IMG/VR virus record: IMGVR_UViG_3300042691_049071
DNA: 64,000 nt
Source of the DNA: an uncultured virus (IMG/VR IMGVR_UViG_3300042691_049071)
Taxonomy: Duplodnaviria; Heunggongvirae; Uroviricota; Caudoviricetes
Strand: one strand, 5' to 3'
Of this stretch, positions 10,733 to 19,742 are shown in pieces; positions within the stretch are counted from its first letter, which is position 1; the number at the start of each line of letters is the position of its first letter. Both the position numbers and the translations under genes were made by a program. Below the pieces are notes generated by a model. The model saw nothing but the letters and a program-made list of their open reading frames with translations, ran no database searches and had not been told where the DNA came from.

Positions 10733-11061
10733 TTTTTACTCCGCTTCTTGATTATCTTGCTAATAGCCTTAGCGCCACTCGCGGCTCTAGATTCAACTTT
10801 ACCCGTGGCACGACCCGCGTTAAATATGGCTTTCCCCGTATTTAACTTCCCCTTCAAGCCGTCCTCGTCCTTGTTGGTAAGTTTAGCGATCGCCACAGCA
10901 GTCAGCCCAGTAATTACACCACGACCAACTGCGCCAGCAACGCCTTTGATAATTCTGCCGACTTTACCTTTGCTGCAAGTAGCGCCTTGAGGGATACAGT
11001 ACGTTTGTCCGTCTTCGCCTTGGCATGGTTTGCCGCGATCGCATGTTGTGTCTAATCTCAT
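10729..11061 (-). CDS. Small basic protein with RLD + Cys knuckle + Gly/Ala helix (putative head cargo)
   Basis: MRLDTTCDRGKPC...YCIPQGATC; overlaps neighbouring genes at both ends. Confidence 0.75.
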   Translation of the reverse strand: MRLDTTCDRGKPCQGEDGQTYCIPQGATCSKGKVGRIIKGVAGAVGRGVITGLTAVAIAKLTNKDEDGLKGKLNTGKAIFNAGRATGKVESRAASGAKAISKIIKKRSKK

Positions 11062-13691
11062 GGAGTTTGTTTCCTCGCTTTACGGCGCTGAGTTAATGTG
11101 GCATTGAGTTTCTTAGCGATCGCGTCAGCAGCATCCACCGAGAGGTAGTCCACCCAACTACCATTGGAGCCAGTGAAATTGTCGGGATTTTTACCCCTAA
11201 AAGGAGTCCGACTCCAGAGATCTCCATCTGACCAGAGATCAGTTTTTGGAGTCTTCAGGATATCTCCGTCTGGCTTCTTGGAGTCCGCCTTATCTCCGCC
11301 AAAACCTAGTTCGGGAGTTCCCAGTGTTACGAGGTGGATCTGCTTGGCGATGTAAGAGCCAGAAACATTGCCCTGAGAACCGACTTTTTGCATGGACTCC
11401 AAGATATCCAAGGCTCTTTTTGCTGTCTCGCCGCCTTGCTTTAGTCCAACAATAGCGATCGCGGGATGCTCTGTCGTATTACCACCGTAAGTGGAGTTGC
11501 CAATCTGGTAAAGCTCCGCAGCTAACCTCACCGCCTCGGGGTCTCTACCCGCCTTGAGGGACTTACTCATTACGGCTTCGTAACTCTTCGCCATCGTGTC
11601 GATAATGCCCATAACCCGACCTTTCGACTGCGGTGGAAGGGTGCGATCAAAAGCGATTACATCGCTCTGGCCATACATATCGCGATCAGTCTGGTCTTTG
11701 ACTTTTTTGCTGTTGTCGGTAATTGACTTGGCTACGTTACTGCTAGGGGTTTCACCATCACCAATAGCCACGATTACTTGGGGTTTTGTCGGTGCAGGGG
11801 ATGTTGTGCCGCCACTGGCGACGATGGCTTGGGCTTCAAGCGCTGATCTTTGGATATTGTCATTGTATTTAACTCTAGCAAGGACTGCTGCACCTACCGT
11901 GGTTTGCGCCAATACAGCCGCAGCGCTAATAGTGGCAGCAGTGGGATTATCCTTGTATTTGTCACCAATAGCGGAAGTCAGGTTCCACAGTTTCCCAAGC
12001 GCGGGGTTTACAGTCTTCAGCAAAGTCCCTGTTGCCTCAAAGACCTCTTTCTTTGACTTATCGCTAGACTTACTTCCCGCAACAGAATTAGAAAAGAAGC
12101 CAAAAGTTTCTCGAATTTTGTCCCTGACTGCGCCATTCGTCAAGTAGTCCTCAATCTCATGCCCTTTTACCGAGCTAACAAACTGGGCAAACTTCTTGGG
12201 TAAAATCGAGAAGGGGTCGTTCTTAGACGTGATAGTGCGGTTATTGATATTTGCCCAGTTCTTATCGTCCTGAGTTGTGCCACCTGTTAGCCCAAAGGAT
12301 ACTCCTCCGAGTCGAGCAATATTGAGTCGTTTCAGTACTTCGCCGCCGTCAATACCTTTGGGCGGTTTGATTCGACTAAGAATCTCCGCAGCCTCGTCAA
12401 CGACATTACCTCCAGAGCCGTGGCTAACCACGTTTAGAGGCTTATCGCGATACTTGGAGCCATAAGCATATAGCTTGGAGGCTAAGTCCACCGCAGCCTC
12501 GTTCCTGCCACCCACGGCATTGCTTAAATATTTGCCAAAACTTTCCTTGGCGACATACCCCAAATACAAGGGATTGTAGTTGCCATTCTTGTCTTTTTGT
12601 TCAATGTTCGTGGGCGGAACATTGAACTCAGTGTTGTTAAAAGGAATGATTTCCTGAGTCTTGTTAAACCATTGCTCTCGCTTTGATGTATCCAGAGGGG
12701 TTTTCAGGTATTCAGCAACCTTGTCACCCGAAGATCCAAGGTTAGAAAATCCACCCACAGCAAAGGTAATTTGAGGCTTGCTTGTTGACTCGATAGGAGT
12801 GGTTTGCGCTCTTTGGTATGCCATTAGCGCCGATTCGGGCAATCCTTCCTTGTAGCGATCGCGAGCCGACATCATTACCGACGAAGGAATGCCCAATAAA
12901 ATACTTGCCGCCAATATCCCTGCCGCAGGACGATTATCGCCAAAGAACTTACTAACCTTCTCAATATCTTTCCAAGCACCAGCTACGGGTTGAGGTAATA
13001 AACTCTTAAGAGCTTTCTTGTTTGACTCCGCACGGTTTAACCCTTCTCGGACAATCTTTTGGCGATCGGGGTTGGCTTTTTGCAAGCGAATTGATTCGCG
13101 TAGCTGGGATTGGCTCATGTACGAGTAGCGATAAACCCCACGTTTACGAGCTTCATCTTTTAATTCGCGGATGTTTTTGTTATCTAATTCATCCTCAACA
13201 GGGGCAACGCCGACGAACTTAGCTTTTTGGACCTCGTTTACCGCATCATTCAGATCTGAAATTTCTTGCCTATTTAAAGCTTCGGGTACGTCAATACGAC
13301 AGGTATCGGTCTTGGAGATGCAGGCTCCCTTACAAGACAGCCCAACTTTACAGTTTTTAGGCTTAGAAATTTTGTCAGCACGCTGTCCAATATTGTTTGC
13401 ATACGCAAGTAAGTACTGATCTGCGTCAGTATCTACTGCATCAGTGCGTCCATCCAGTACTTGCTTGTATTCAATGTGATCGCCTAGCACCAGTCGAATC
13501 AGCTTGCGATCCTTATCGTCATCGCGAAACAGGCAGGTAATTAGCCCGTCATCGCCAATATTGATGTTAACAATCTGATCGATGCTCCCGTAAGCGCGAG
13601 AAATAATGCGAGTCAATAGTCTCGCGATTACCCTTCTAGCTGCGAGTGGATCTGTGTTTTGAATTACTGGTGCTGGTGCGATCGCGTACAT
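11058..13691 (-). CDS. Large putative virion protein: Cys knuckle, Rho-N/HeH-like motif, two alpha/beta-hydrolase-like domains
   Basis: RADK..CKVGLSCKGACISKTDTC; NIRELKDEARKRGV..SQSQL. Repeated domain: LNVVSHGSGG..RLGG..SKNDPFS..GH, then IAIVGLKQGG..LVTLGTP..SDGDLWS. Confidence 0.7.
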   Translation of the reverse strand: MYAIAPAPVIQNTDPLAARRVIARLLTRIISRAYGSIDQIVNINIGDDGLITCLFRDDDKDRKLIRLVLGDHIEYKQVLDGRTDAVDTDADQYLLAYANNIGQRADKISKPKNCKVGLSCKGACISKTDTCRIDVPEALNRQEISDLNDAVNEVQKAKFVGVAPVEDELDNKNIRELKDEARKRGVYRYSYMSQSQLRESIRLQKANPDRQKIVREGLNRAESNKKALKSLLPQPVAGAWKDIEKVSKFFGDNRPAAGILAASILLGIPSSVMMSARDRYKEGLPESALMAYQRAQTTPIESTSKPQITFAVGGFSNLGSSGDKVAEYLKTPLDTSKREQWFNKTQEIIPFNNTEFNVPPTNIEQKDKNGNYNPLYLGYVAKESFGKYLSNAVGGRNEAAVDLASKLYAYGSKYRDKPLNVVSHGSGGNVVDEAAEILSRIKPPKGIDGGEVLKRLNIARLGGVSFGLTGGTTQDDKNWANINNRTITSKNDPFSILPKKFAQFVSSVKGHEIEDYLTNGAVRDKIRETFGFFSNSVAGSKSSDKSKKEVFEATGTLLKTVNPALGKLWNLTSAIGDKYKDNPTAATISAAAVLAQTTVGAAVLARVKYNDNIQRSALEAQAIVASGGTTSPAPTKPQVIVAIGDGETPSSNVAKSITDNSKKVKDQTDRDMYGQSDVIAFDRTLPPQSKGRVMGIIDTMAKSYEAVMSKSLKAGRDPEAVRLAAELYQIGNSTYGGNTTEHPAIAIVGLKQGGETAKRALDILESMQKVGSQGNVSGSYIAKQIHLVTLGTPELGFGGDKADSKKPDGDILKTPKTDLWSDGDLWSRTPFRGKNPDNFTGSNGSWVDYLSVDAADAIAKKLNATLTQRRKARKQTP

Positions 13692-13692
13692 A

Positions 13693-14907
13693 TTATTTAC
13701 CCTTCCGAGGAATACGTGTATAAATCAAACGAGAAGGAGTCGATTCGTATTTCGCGCCTTTAGCATTCCCGGATGTTTCTCCAGTTCCTTTTCTGCGATT
13801 CATTTCTTTGTAGGCTTCGAGAATAGCTTGATGCCTCTCCTCGCCCCTTTCGTCAATTTCCTTAATAGCAGACTCCAGCAGTTCCTTGCCTTTCAGCCCC
13901 TCAGATCTCTTTTTTGTTAAAACCTCTTCATCTAGTTTCATAGTCGCTATCTTCAGCATCTTTAGCTCATTCGAGGTCTGTCTGTTCATTTCTATCCCTG
14001 CGAAATAGCGACTAGACGGGTATACAACCTTAGAAGTCCTAGTTTTTGTCCCTTGCTCCCCAAGGAACTCCCCTTTTCTGGCTCTAAGGCTATACATGTT
14101 TTTTGCGCTGGTAGCCCTAAACTCCGTGAGACTGTTAAACCCCATTTTTTGCTGCTTTTCCAGTAGAACGAAGTCTTGCGCTGAAAGGGTTGCGTCTAGG
14201 GGGTGATTGTGAGTTATAACGCTAATATTTTTCCTTTGCCCGAATGGGAATAGCTTTGCGTAGTCCGTGAGTCCGTACCCAAAACCAGCCCTGCTTCCTC
14301 CTCTGATTATCAGAGGTTTACCCTCCTTATCAAAAGCGTATACCGTCTCAAAATCGTTGTCTTTAATTCGCGCCTCCGCAGCAGCTACGCTCAACGCTAA
14401 CTCTGGGTTCATATGTTGGTATGATTTTTTCAATTCATTAGGAATGCCGTCTTTAGCCAACTGCTCGCGATCTTTCTTGAACTCGGAGAACGCCCTGATA
14501 TCCGCAGTCTTCTCTCTGACAACCTGTAGTCCGATCATTCCGCCCACACCCAAAGACAGATATCTTCCAACAGGTATTTTCCTTGTTTCTTGTGGAGATA
14601 GTTTTTCCGCGATCGCCTCTTGAACACCTTCGATCTTCGGCGGCACAAAAGCTGGGGATTGCAGTCCTCTTCGGTTGGACTCGCTTCTTCTCATGGCGAT
14701 CGCCGCTAAACCAGCCAAACCAGCAGCAGTGATCGCGCCTCCAACACCCGCCACAACTTTCCGAGAAGGTCTCCGCGAAGAACCAGCTTCACCTTCCGCA
14801 CCTTCGCGAAAGTAGGAGTAGGCTTTCCGCCCCTGAGTAGCAGGGACTTTCACCTCTTTTCGGGCATCACTACGGATTATTTTTGATAAAGCAGCGATCG
14901 CGTACAT
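13693..14907 (-). CDS. Putative virion protein with JAB/MPN-like domain
   Basis: FETVYAFDKEG...ITHNHPLDATLSAQD fits E..HxH..S..D. N-terminal leader shared with 14910-16511. Confidence 0.65.
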   Translation of the reverse strand: MYAIAALSKIIRSDARKEVKVPATQGRKAYSYFREGAEGEAGSSRRPSRKVVAGVGGAITAAGLAGLAAIAMRRSESNRRGLQSPAFVPPKIEGVQEAIAEKLSPQETRKIPVGRYLSLGVGGMIGLQVVREKTADIRAFSEFKKDREQLAKDGIPNELKKSYQHMNPELALSVAAAEARIKDNDFETVYAFDKEGKPLIIRGGSRAGFGYGLTDYAKLFPFGQRKNISVITHNHPLDATLSAQDFVLLEKQQKMGFNSLTEFRATSAKNMYSLRARKGEFLGEQGTKTRTSKVVYPSSRYFAGIEMNRQTSNELKMLKIATMKLDEEVLTKKRSEGLKGKELLESAIKEIDERGEERHQAILEAYKEMNRRKGTGETSGNAKGAKYESTPSRLIYTRIPRKGK

Positions 14908-14909
14908 GA

Positions 14910-16511
14910 TTACTTCTTAGCCTTTTTACGGTTTGCCTCGTCTTCTTCCTTCTTTGCTGCCATAGCGCCCAAGGCTAATACCCCCGCAGCAGGGGTTAGT
15001 GTAGCAACCGTATTTGCAGCGATCGCGCCACCAATGGACATACCTCGACCATGACCGCGTTTACGCAGCGCCCGATAAGTGCCGCTACCGATTGGGCCAG
15101 CTAAGGACTGGACTGCACCACCACCAAAGGCTTTCGCGGTTTCGCCTAAGCAATTCTTCTCTTGAGGGATGCAAACCTTGCCGCAAGACTTACTCCCTGA
15201 GCCGCACTTTGCATCTTCACGGATCTGCTCAACAAGGCTGTCGATTCGCATGTAAACGGAATTATTTCTCACTTGCTTATCCTCTGGTTTAATAAAATCT
15301 TTGGGACCAAACTTGGTCTTTGGACGACCGAGTTTCCTCTTTCCACCTTGAGGCAGGGCCTTAATGGTTATACCTCCAAGCTTTCTCTGAACCTTGCTAG
15401 GTTCTTTAACCTCTTCGGCTTGCACGTCATTCGCTTTGTTCTCGACAAAAGTGCTGTAAAAACTTTGGGCGAAATTAGCGACAGACTCAGCCGCCGATCG
15501 CGTACCTTGACCAGCCTTATAAGCAGCAGACTTGGCTACCGATCGCGTCTTTTGACCAGCTTTATAAGCCAACTGATTCACATCATATTCTTTGTCGGGT
15601 AGCGAGGATATACCGCCAGCTTGTCGATCGCGCTCCCATCCTTCCCTGCCCTTACGGACAAGTCTGCCTAGCGCAGCACCAGCAGAACCTGAGACTTTCG
15701 TTAGTAGTGTTTTTTGTGGTTTAGCGATCGCACTCCCACTATTCTCACCCGATTCACCCGCAGTAACAGTTAATCCACCAGTAGACACCTTGGGTGCAGG
15801 AGGATTGTAAGGCAATCGGGTTAAGGGAGGAGGTGTAGCGGCTTCAGGTTTGTTGACAGGGACTAATGCCCCACCGACTTGTACTTTTGGTTTTGGCGAT
15901 GGTAGGCGATCGGGGGGAGCTGGTCTATTACCTTTTATTACGGCTTGCCGAATCGATTCATCTGTTTTATCACCACTCATTCGCGGGGCATCTTCAAAAT
16001 CGGTGAGCTTTAGCGGCTCTCTCTCTGTCGTTTTGTTTTTCTTTGCCGCTTTACGCTGTTCATACGCTTCTTCCTCCGCAGCATCCTCTGCCGCATACCT
16101 AGCTCGACGGGCCTCGCCACTCTCTTCAGGTTTCTCTGTAATTTTTGAAACCGCCTTTTTGACCGCAAAAGAAACGGCTTTATTTACAGCTATACTTCCC
16201 GCAAGTGTAGCTACAGTCTCGCCAGTCCTGATCGCAGCTTTCTTGGCAAACTCACCAACCCGACTCGCGGTGGACTGAGGTGCTACAACAGGAGCGGGAA
16301 CCTCAACTGGTGTTCGTAAGGCTTTTGATTCTTCTGGCTTCTTCCTCATCGCGATCGCTGCTGCCCCCAATCCACCCAAGGTAAGTGCAGCGCCAATACC
16401 CGCAGCACCTTTCTTCGCTATTCCGACATTGCGATAATACGAATAAGCCTTACGCCCATTTTGTGCTGGGACTTTTACTTCTACCTGTGCATCTAATCTG
16501 TCAGTACTCAT
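14910..16511 (-). CDS. Low-complexity putative virion/cargo protein with leader modules at both ends
   Basis: N-term RLDAQVEVKVPAQNGRKAYSYYR + Gly/Ala helix. C-term REDAKCGSGSKSCGKVCIPQEKNC + Gly/Ala helix. Confidence 0.7.
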   Translation of the reverse strand: MSTDRLDAQVEVKVPAQNGRKAYSYYRNVGIAKKGAAGIGAALTLGGLGAAAIAMRKKPEESKALRTPVEVPAPVVAPQSTASRVGEFAKKAAIRTGETVATLAGSIAVNKAVSFAVKKAVSKITEKPEESGEARRARYAAEDAAEEEAYEQRKAAKKNKTTEREPLKLTDFEDAPRMSGDKTDESIRQAVIKGNRPAPPDRLPSPKPKVQVGGALVPVNKPEAATPPPLTRLPYNPPAPKVSTGGLTVTAGESGENSGSAIAKPQKTLLTKVSGSAGAALGRLVRKGREGWERDRQAGGISSLPDKEYDVNQLAYKAGQKTRSVAKSAAYKAGQGTRSAAESVANFAQSFYSTFVENKANDVQAEEVKEPSKVQRKLGGITIKALPQGGKRKLGRPKTKFGPKDFIKPEDKQVRNNSVYMRIDSLVEQIREDAKCGSGSKSCGKVCIPQEKNCLGETAKAFGGGAVQSLAGPIGSGTYRALRKRGHGRGMSIGGAIAANTVATLTPAAGVLALGAMAAKKEEDEANRKKAKK

Positions 16512-16894
16512 CGATTTGGTATCCTCGTTAAAATAATTTCCCAGCTAAAACTCTTATTTTCGATAGTCCCCATTACTTCGTTACACTTAATCGAGTTGTC
16601 AACGATGTAATACTTTCCCTTGCCCGTAAGCTGAGCCTCGGTGTATGCCGCAGATATACCACTCACCTGATAGTCGTCAATACCAACCTTGATATTAGTG
16701 CTTTCAAACAAGGCGACGGTACGAGGGTTAACTCGTAGAATCGTGGGGTGAGGCAATATCTCTAGCCTTGTTTCGCCCGACGCAGTGCGAGTCACCACTG
16801 TTAATGGCAGCACGTTAGGCGCACCGATCGCATCTCCTGCTCGACGATCGCGCAGTCCTTGAAGTTTAGTAATAAGTTTGTTGGCTAGAGACAT
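16508..16894 (-). CDS. Putative head-closure/neck protein
   Basis: 128 aa, beta-rich, downstream of the DUF4054-like adaptor; assignment by position only. Confidence 0.45.
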   Translation of the reverse strand: MSLANKLITKLQGLRDRRAGDAIGAPNVLPLTVVTRTASGETRLEILPHPTILRVNPRTVALFESTNIKVGIDDYQVSGISAAYTEAQLTGKGKYYIVDNSIKCNEVMGTIENKSFSWEIILTRIPNR

Positions 16895-16992
16895 ACTGCT
16901 ATTGTTTGATGCTCATAAGCAAACAAGCGATCGCTGGTTGATTTAGCGATCGCTTGTAAGATCCTTTTGTACGCATGGTACATAGGGCTAAA

Positions 16993-17241
16993 TTAAGGAG
17001 ATACAACCATCCAGTCGTCGGACAAAAGATCTGTTTGGGAGGCAAGCCAAGGTACTAAACTTCTTGGAGCATCCAGATTGTCGGATTGTAAACCAGTAGT
17101 GTCGATATAGATATACGGGTGGGTCATTTTTGAGTGTGCATCGGGACGCTGAATCTGAATAAAGATACCTTTGCCGTTCCAACCCGTTCTGGCAACCTTG
17201 CCACCCGATTTAATAGCTTCCAAAGCTTCGGAGAATGTCAT
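16993..17241 (-). CDS. tad2: DUF2829 / Tad2-like anti-defence nucleotide sponge
   Basis: MTFSEALEAIKSGGKVARTGWNGKGIFI...PYIYI...VPWLASQTDLLSDDW matches the DUF2829 signature. ATG at 17241 has a GAGG RBS. Confidence 0.85.
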   Translation of the reverse strand: MTFSEALEAIKSGGKVARTGWNGKGIFIQIQRPDAHSKMTHPYIYIDTTGLQSDNLDAPRSLVPWLASQTDLLSDDWMVVSP

Positions 17242-17263
17242 TGTGTCCTCTTTAAATAATAAC

Positions 17264-17683
17264 TCAGAAGGCAATAAATGGCGGCACAGCAGGAATACTG
17301 TCACCCATAAAACCACCTGTTAGGACTAACTCCTTGAGCATCAAAAATTGCTGTCCATAGGTGGTTCGAGATAGATATACATCGGAGAATCTGCCATTAC
17401 CGTTTGCGGGAGTGGAAGTTCTCCGATTCGACATAGACTCACCTGCATCAATCGCCTTAGCATTAGAAATCGTCACCGTACCTTCCTCGGTGTTCAAGGC
17501 AAGGTAGTGAGCGGTCAACAACATTACCGCCATCTCCGCATTCTCACCCCACTCCTCAATCGAACAGAACCGCGAATAGAAGTTCAACCAGTTCTGCATA
17601 AAGATCGGCGACTCCCCAACAAAGTCGGAGAATGCTGCCTCGTAGGTAAAAGTATCTGCGGAAACGACGGGGTATGTTGCCAT
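17264..17683 (-). CDS. DUF4054-like head-tail adaptor
   Basis: WGE..EMAVMLLTAHYL and YLSRTTYGQQFL motifs; located downstream of the capsid gene. Confidence 0.75.
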   Translation of the reverse strand: MATYPVVSADTFTYEAAFSDFVGESPIFMQNWLNFYSRFCSIEEWGENAEMAVMLLTAHYLALNTEEGTVTISNAKAIDAGESMSNRRTSTPANGNGRFSDVYLSRTTYGQQFLMLKELVLTGGFMGDSIPAVPPFIAF

Positions 17684-17687
17684 GTGT

Positions 17688-18311
17688 TTAGACTGTTTCT
17701 ACGTGAGCACGTTCTGCACTGCGGAGGCTTTCTAGTTCGTCGTTCTTGAGTTCTTCAAGTCTTGCCTTAATTGCACGGGCAACGTCTGGACGAGACTGAG
17801 ATTCACGACCATGCCAAAGCTCCAACTCAGCCTTGTCGTAGGAAGCTTTGATCAGTGCTTTTGCTTTTTCTGGGGTAAAGTGAATCGACATTGCTGTATC
17901 GTTAGCAATGCCTTCGATGTCTGCGCGATCAGGAGTGAGGATTTCTAAAACGCCTTCTTTTATTAGGCGCTCAAGATGTTCGGCGCTAGGGCGATGGGAT
18001 TGAATAGCGCGAGCGGTTTCGAGAGGGATTTGGTTTGGACCAAAGTTAATCCACAAGCTTGTTAGGGGTAAGGAACTCATACCCTTGGGCACATTAACAT
18101 CAGCAAGAATATCTCTGGCGCGATCGTTTGGAGGGTACTGAAGGTTAAACGGTGCGTTGCGTTTTTCATTGTGTTTGAACGACCAGATCACATAAGCATG
18201 GGGATCTTCAGTCTTGTATTCTGGCTCTGGAGTGGGTGCTTCCAAGACGGCAGTTGTAGATTTTGCCTTGGGGGTTTTAATTTCGGTTTGAGAGATAGTT
18301 TCTTCAGGCAT
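17688..18311 (-). CDS. Head-operon hypothetical protein with C-terminal helical motif
   Basis: C-terminal ELELWHGRESQSRPDVARAIKARLEEL is typical of proteins following capsid genes. Start chosen at ATG 18311. Confidence 0.6.
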   Translation of the reverse strand: MPEETISQTEIKTPKAKSTTAVLEAPTPEPEYKTEDPHAYVIWSFKHNEKRNAPFNLQYPPNDRARDILADVNVPKGMSSLPLTSLWINFGPNQIPLETARAIQSHRPSAEHLERLIKEGVLEILTPDRADIEGIANDTAMSIHFTPEKAKALIKASYDKAELELWHGRESQSRPDVARAIKARLEELKNDELESLRSAERAHVETV

Positions 18312-18321
18312 GATTTCTTCT

Positions 18322-18759
18322 TTATGCTGGGAGGTATAAAAGGTCTGATTTTGGCTTTTGGAGCGCATTGCTTTTAGCTACATACTCATAAAGCTTAGTG
18401 ATAGGCACTGCTTCGGTATGGGATTGACTATCCCAGCCAACGTGCATCACCACGATCGCCTCAAATGGGTTGTAGTTACTTAGCGCTGCATGAGCTTCAC
18501 CCTGAACGCCATCTGCCTGTTCGCGTAGTGCTTCTGGGCGCATAAACCTTGCAATTACGCCGAACTGATCGCTAATGCAGGACATAATAATGCCCTTCTC
18601 GCCAATATGATTGCGATTGGCATGGAGCAGGGTTTCAGCGTGGTTCTTGATTACAACATCGAATTCATCGGCGATCGTGCCGATAATTACGCGATCGCAA
18701 TAGGTAAAGTTCCGCAGAAGCGGTGCGTTAAGGAGGAGGTGGTCAGGGTTTTGTTTCAT
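18322..18759 (-). CDS. Hypothetical protein
   Basis: 145-aa ORF co-oriented with the operon. Confidence 0.55.
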   Translation of the reverse strand: MKQNPDHLLLNAPLLRNFTYCDRVIIGTIADEFDVVIKNHAETLLHANRNHIGEKGIIMSCISDQFGVIARFMRPEALREQADGVQGEAHAALSNYNPFEAIVVMHVGWDSQSHTEAVPITKLYEYVAKSNALQKPKSDLLYLPA

Positions 18760-18776
18760 AATTCAATAAATATAAA

Positions 18777-18810
18777 AATATCGAGCGCAGGTATTCCCAC
18801 GCTCGATATT
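18777..18810 (-). terminator. Hairpin after the major capsid gene
   Basis: AATATCGAGCG..CGCTCGATATT followed by a T-run on the minus strand. Confidence 0.65.
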
Positions 18811-18820
18811 GACGATCGCT

Positions 18821-19732
18821 TTACAATCCGTGTAGCCAGAGTACGGAGTAGGGACGCTTGATAATCAAGCCACCATATTTCATGCGAGCGGTGCGTTGCA
18901 TACCACGAGGTAGCTCAATCCACTTCTTGAAGGAGAAAGGCTCCGTGATACGGAACTTGATTTTGTTCGGGTCGCGCTTGTAATAGCAAGCAACGTTAGA
19001 ACCGCCATCACCAACACCTTCGAGGGGGAGTAAGGGCATTACATCCTTGATGTAAGTTGCCTTGCTGAGGTAGTAGTCGAGGACAGAATCGCTGTTGAAG
19101 TCACTGAGACGACGGAAGCTGATTTCGTCGTGAGTTGCTTGGGCAAACAAGATGGTGTCAGGAGTCTCGATATTACGAGTCAAGCGACGCATCGAGTTGC
19201 CAGTATCGTTCAACACTGCGAGCATCTGAGCGACAGTAGTAGAACTGTTGAAAGCGAATGCCGAGTAGGACTTCAGGGTGTCGGGGTGGTTGAAGAAGCC
19301 ACGCAGTTGACCGTCACCAAGGAATACCATCTTGTCGAGGTATTGCTGACCTGCTTCAAGCACGATCTGGACTTTTTCTGCTTCAATGCTAGTACCGAAC
19401 TTCTGGGAAAGCTCGATCTCTTTGTCATTGAGAGTGTAAGCACCGATATGCTCAGAAACTCTTTGGCGGAATTCTCTCGACACGATCTCAACGTTGGGAA
19501 CGTGGGTGGTGTAGTCGCGAGCAGCTTCCCACCGACCGATACCTGTTACCTTGCGATAGCCAGTTTCTTCGAGTTCGGGTTTATTCCAGTCTTCGCGAGG
19601 AATGAGAGTACCGTTCGCCCAGTAAAGCTGTTCGTACTCTTCTTTTTCGAGGGTCTGTTCTAGTTCAACGAGCTGCTCCTTGAAGTAGCCCACTGACCAG
19701 TCATCATTTTTGATTTCAGTAGCTGTAGTCAT
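18821..19732 (-). CDS. Major capsid protein, DUF2184/HK97-like
   Basis: VFLGD..LRGFFNHP, ETPDTILF, CYYKRDP, YGGLIIKRP. AGGAG RBS before ATG 19732. Follows scaffold and decoration genes. Confidence 0.85.
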   Translation of the reverse strand: MTTATEIKNDDWSVGYFKEQLVELEQTLEKEEYEQLYWANGTLIPREDWNKPELEETGYRKVTGIGRWEAARDYTTHVPNVEIVSREFRQRVSEHIGAYTLNDKEIELSQKFGTSIEAEKVQIVLEAGQQYLDKMVFLGDGQLRGFFNHPDTLKSYSAFAFNSSTTVAQMLAVLNDTGNSMRRLTRNIETPDTILFAQATHDEISFRRLSDFNSDSVLDYYLSKATYIKDVMPLLPLEGVGDGGSNVACYYKRDPNKIKFRITEPFSFKKWIELPRGMQRTARMKYGGLIIKRPYSVLWLHGL

Positions 19733-19742
19733 TGAACTCCTC

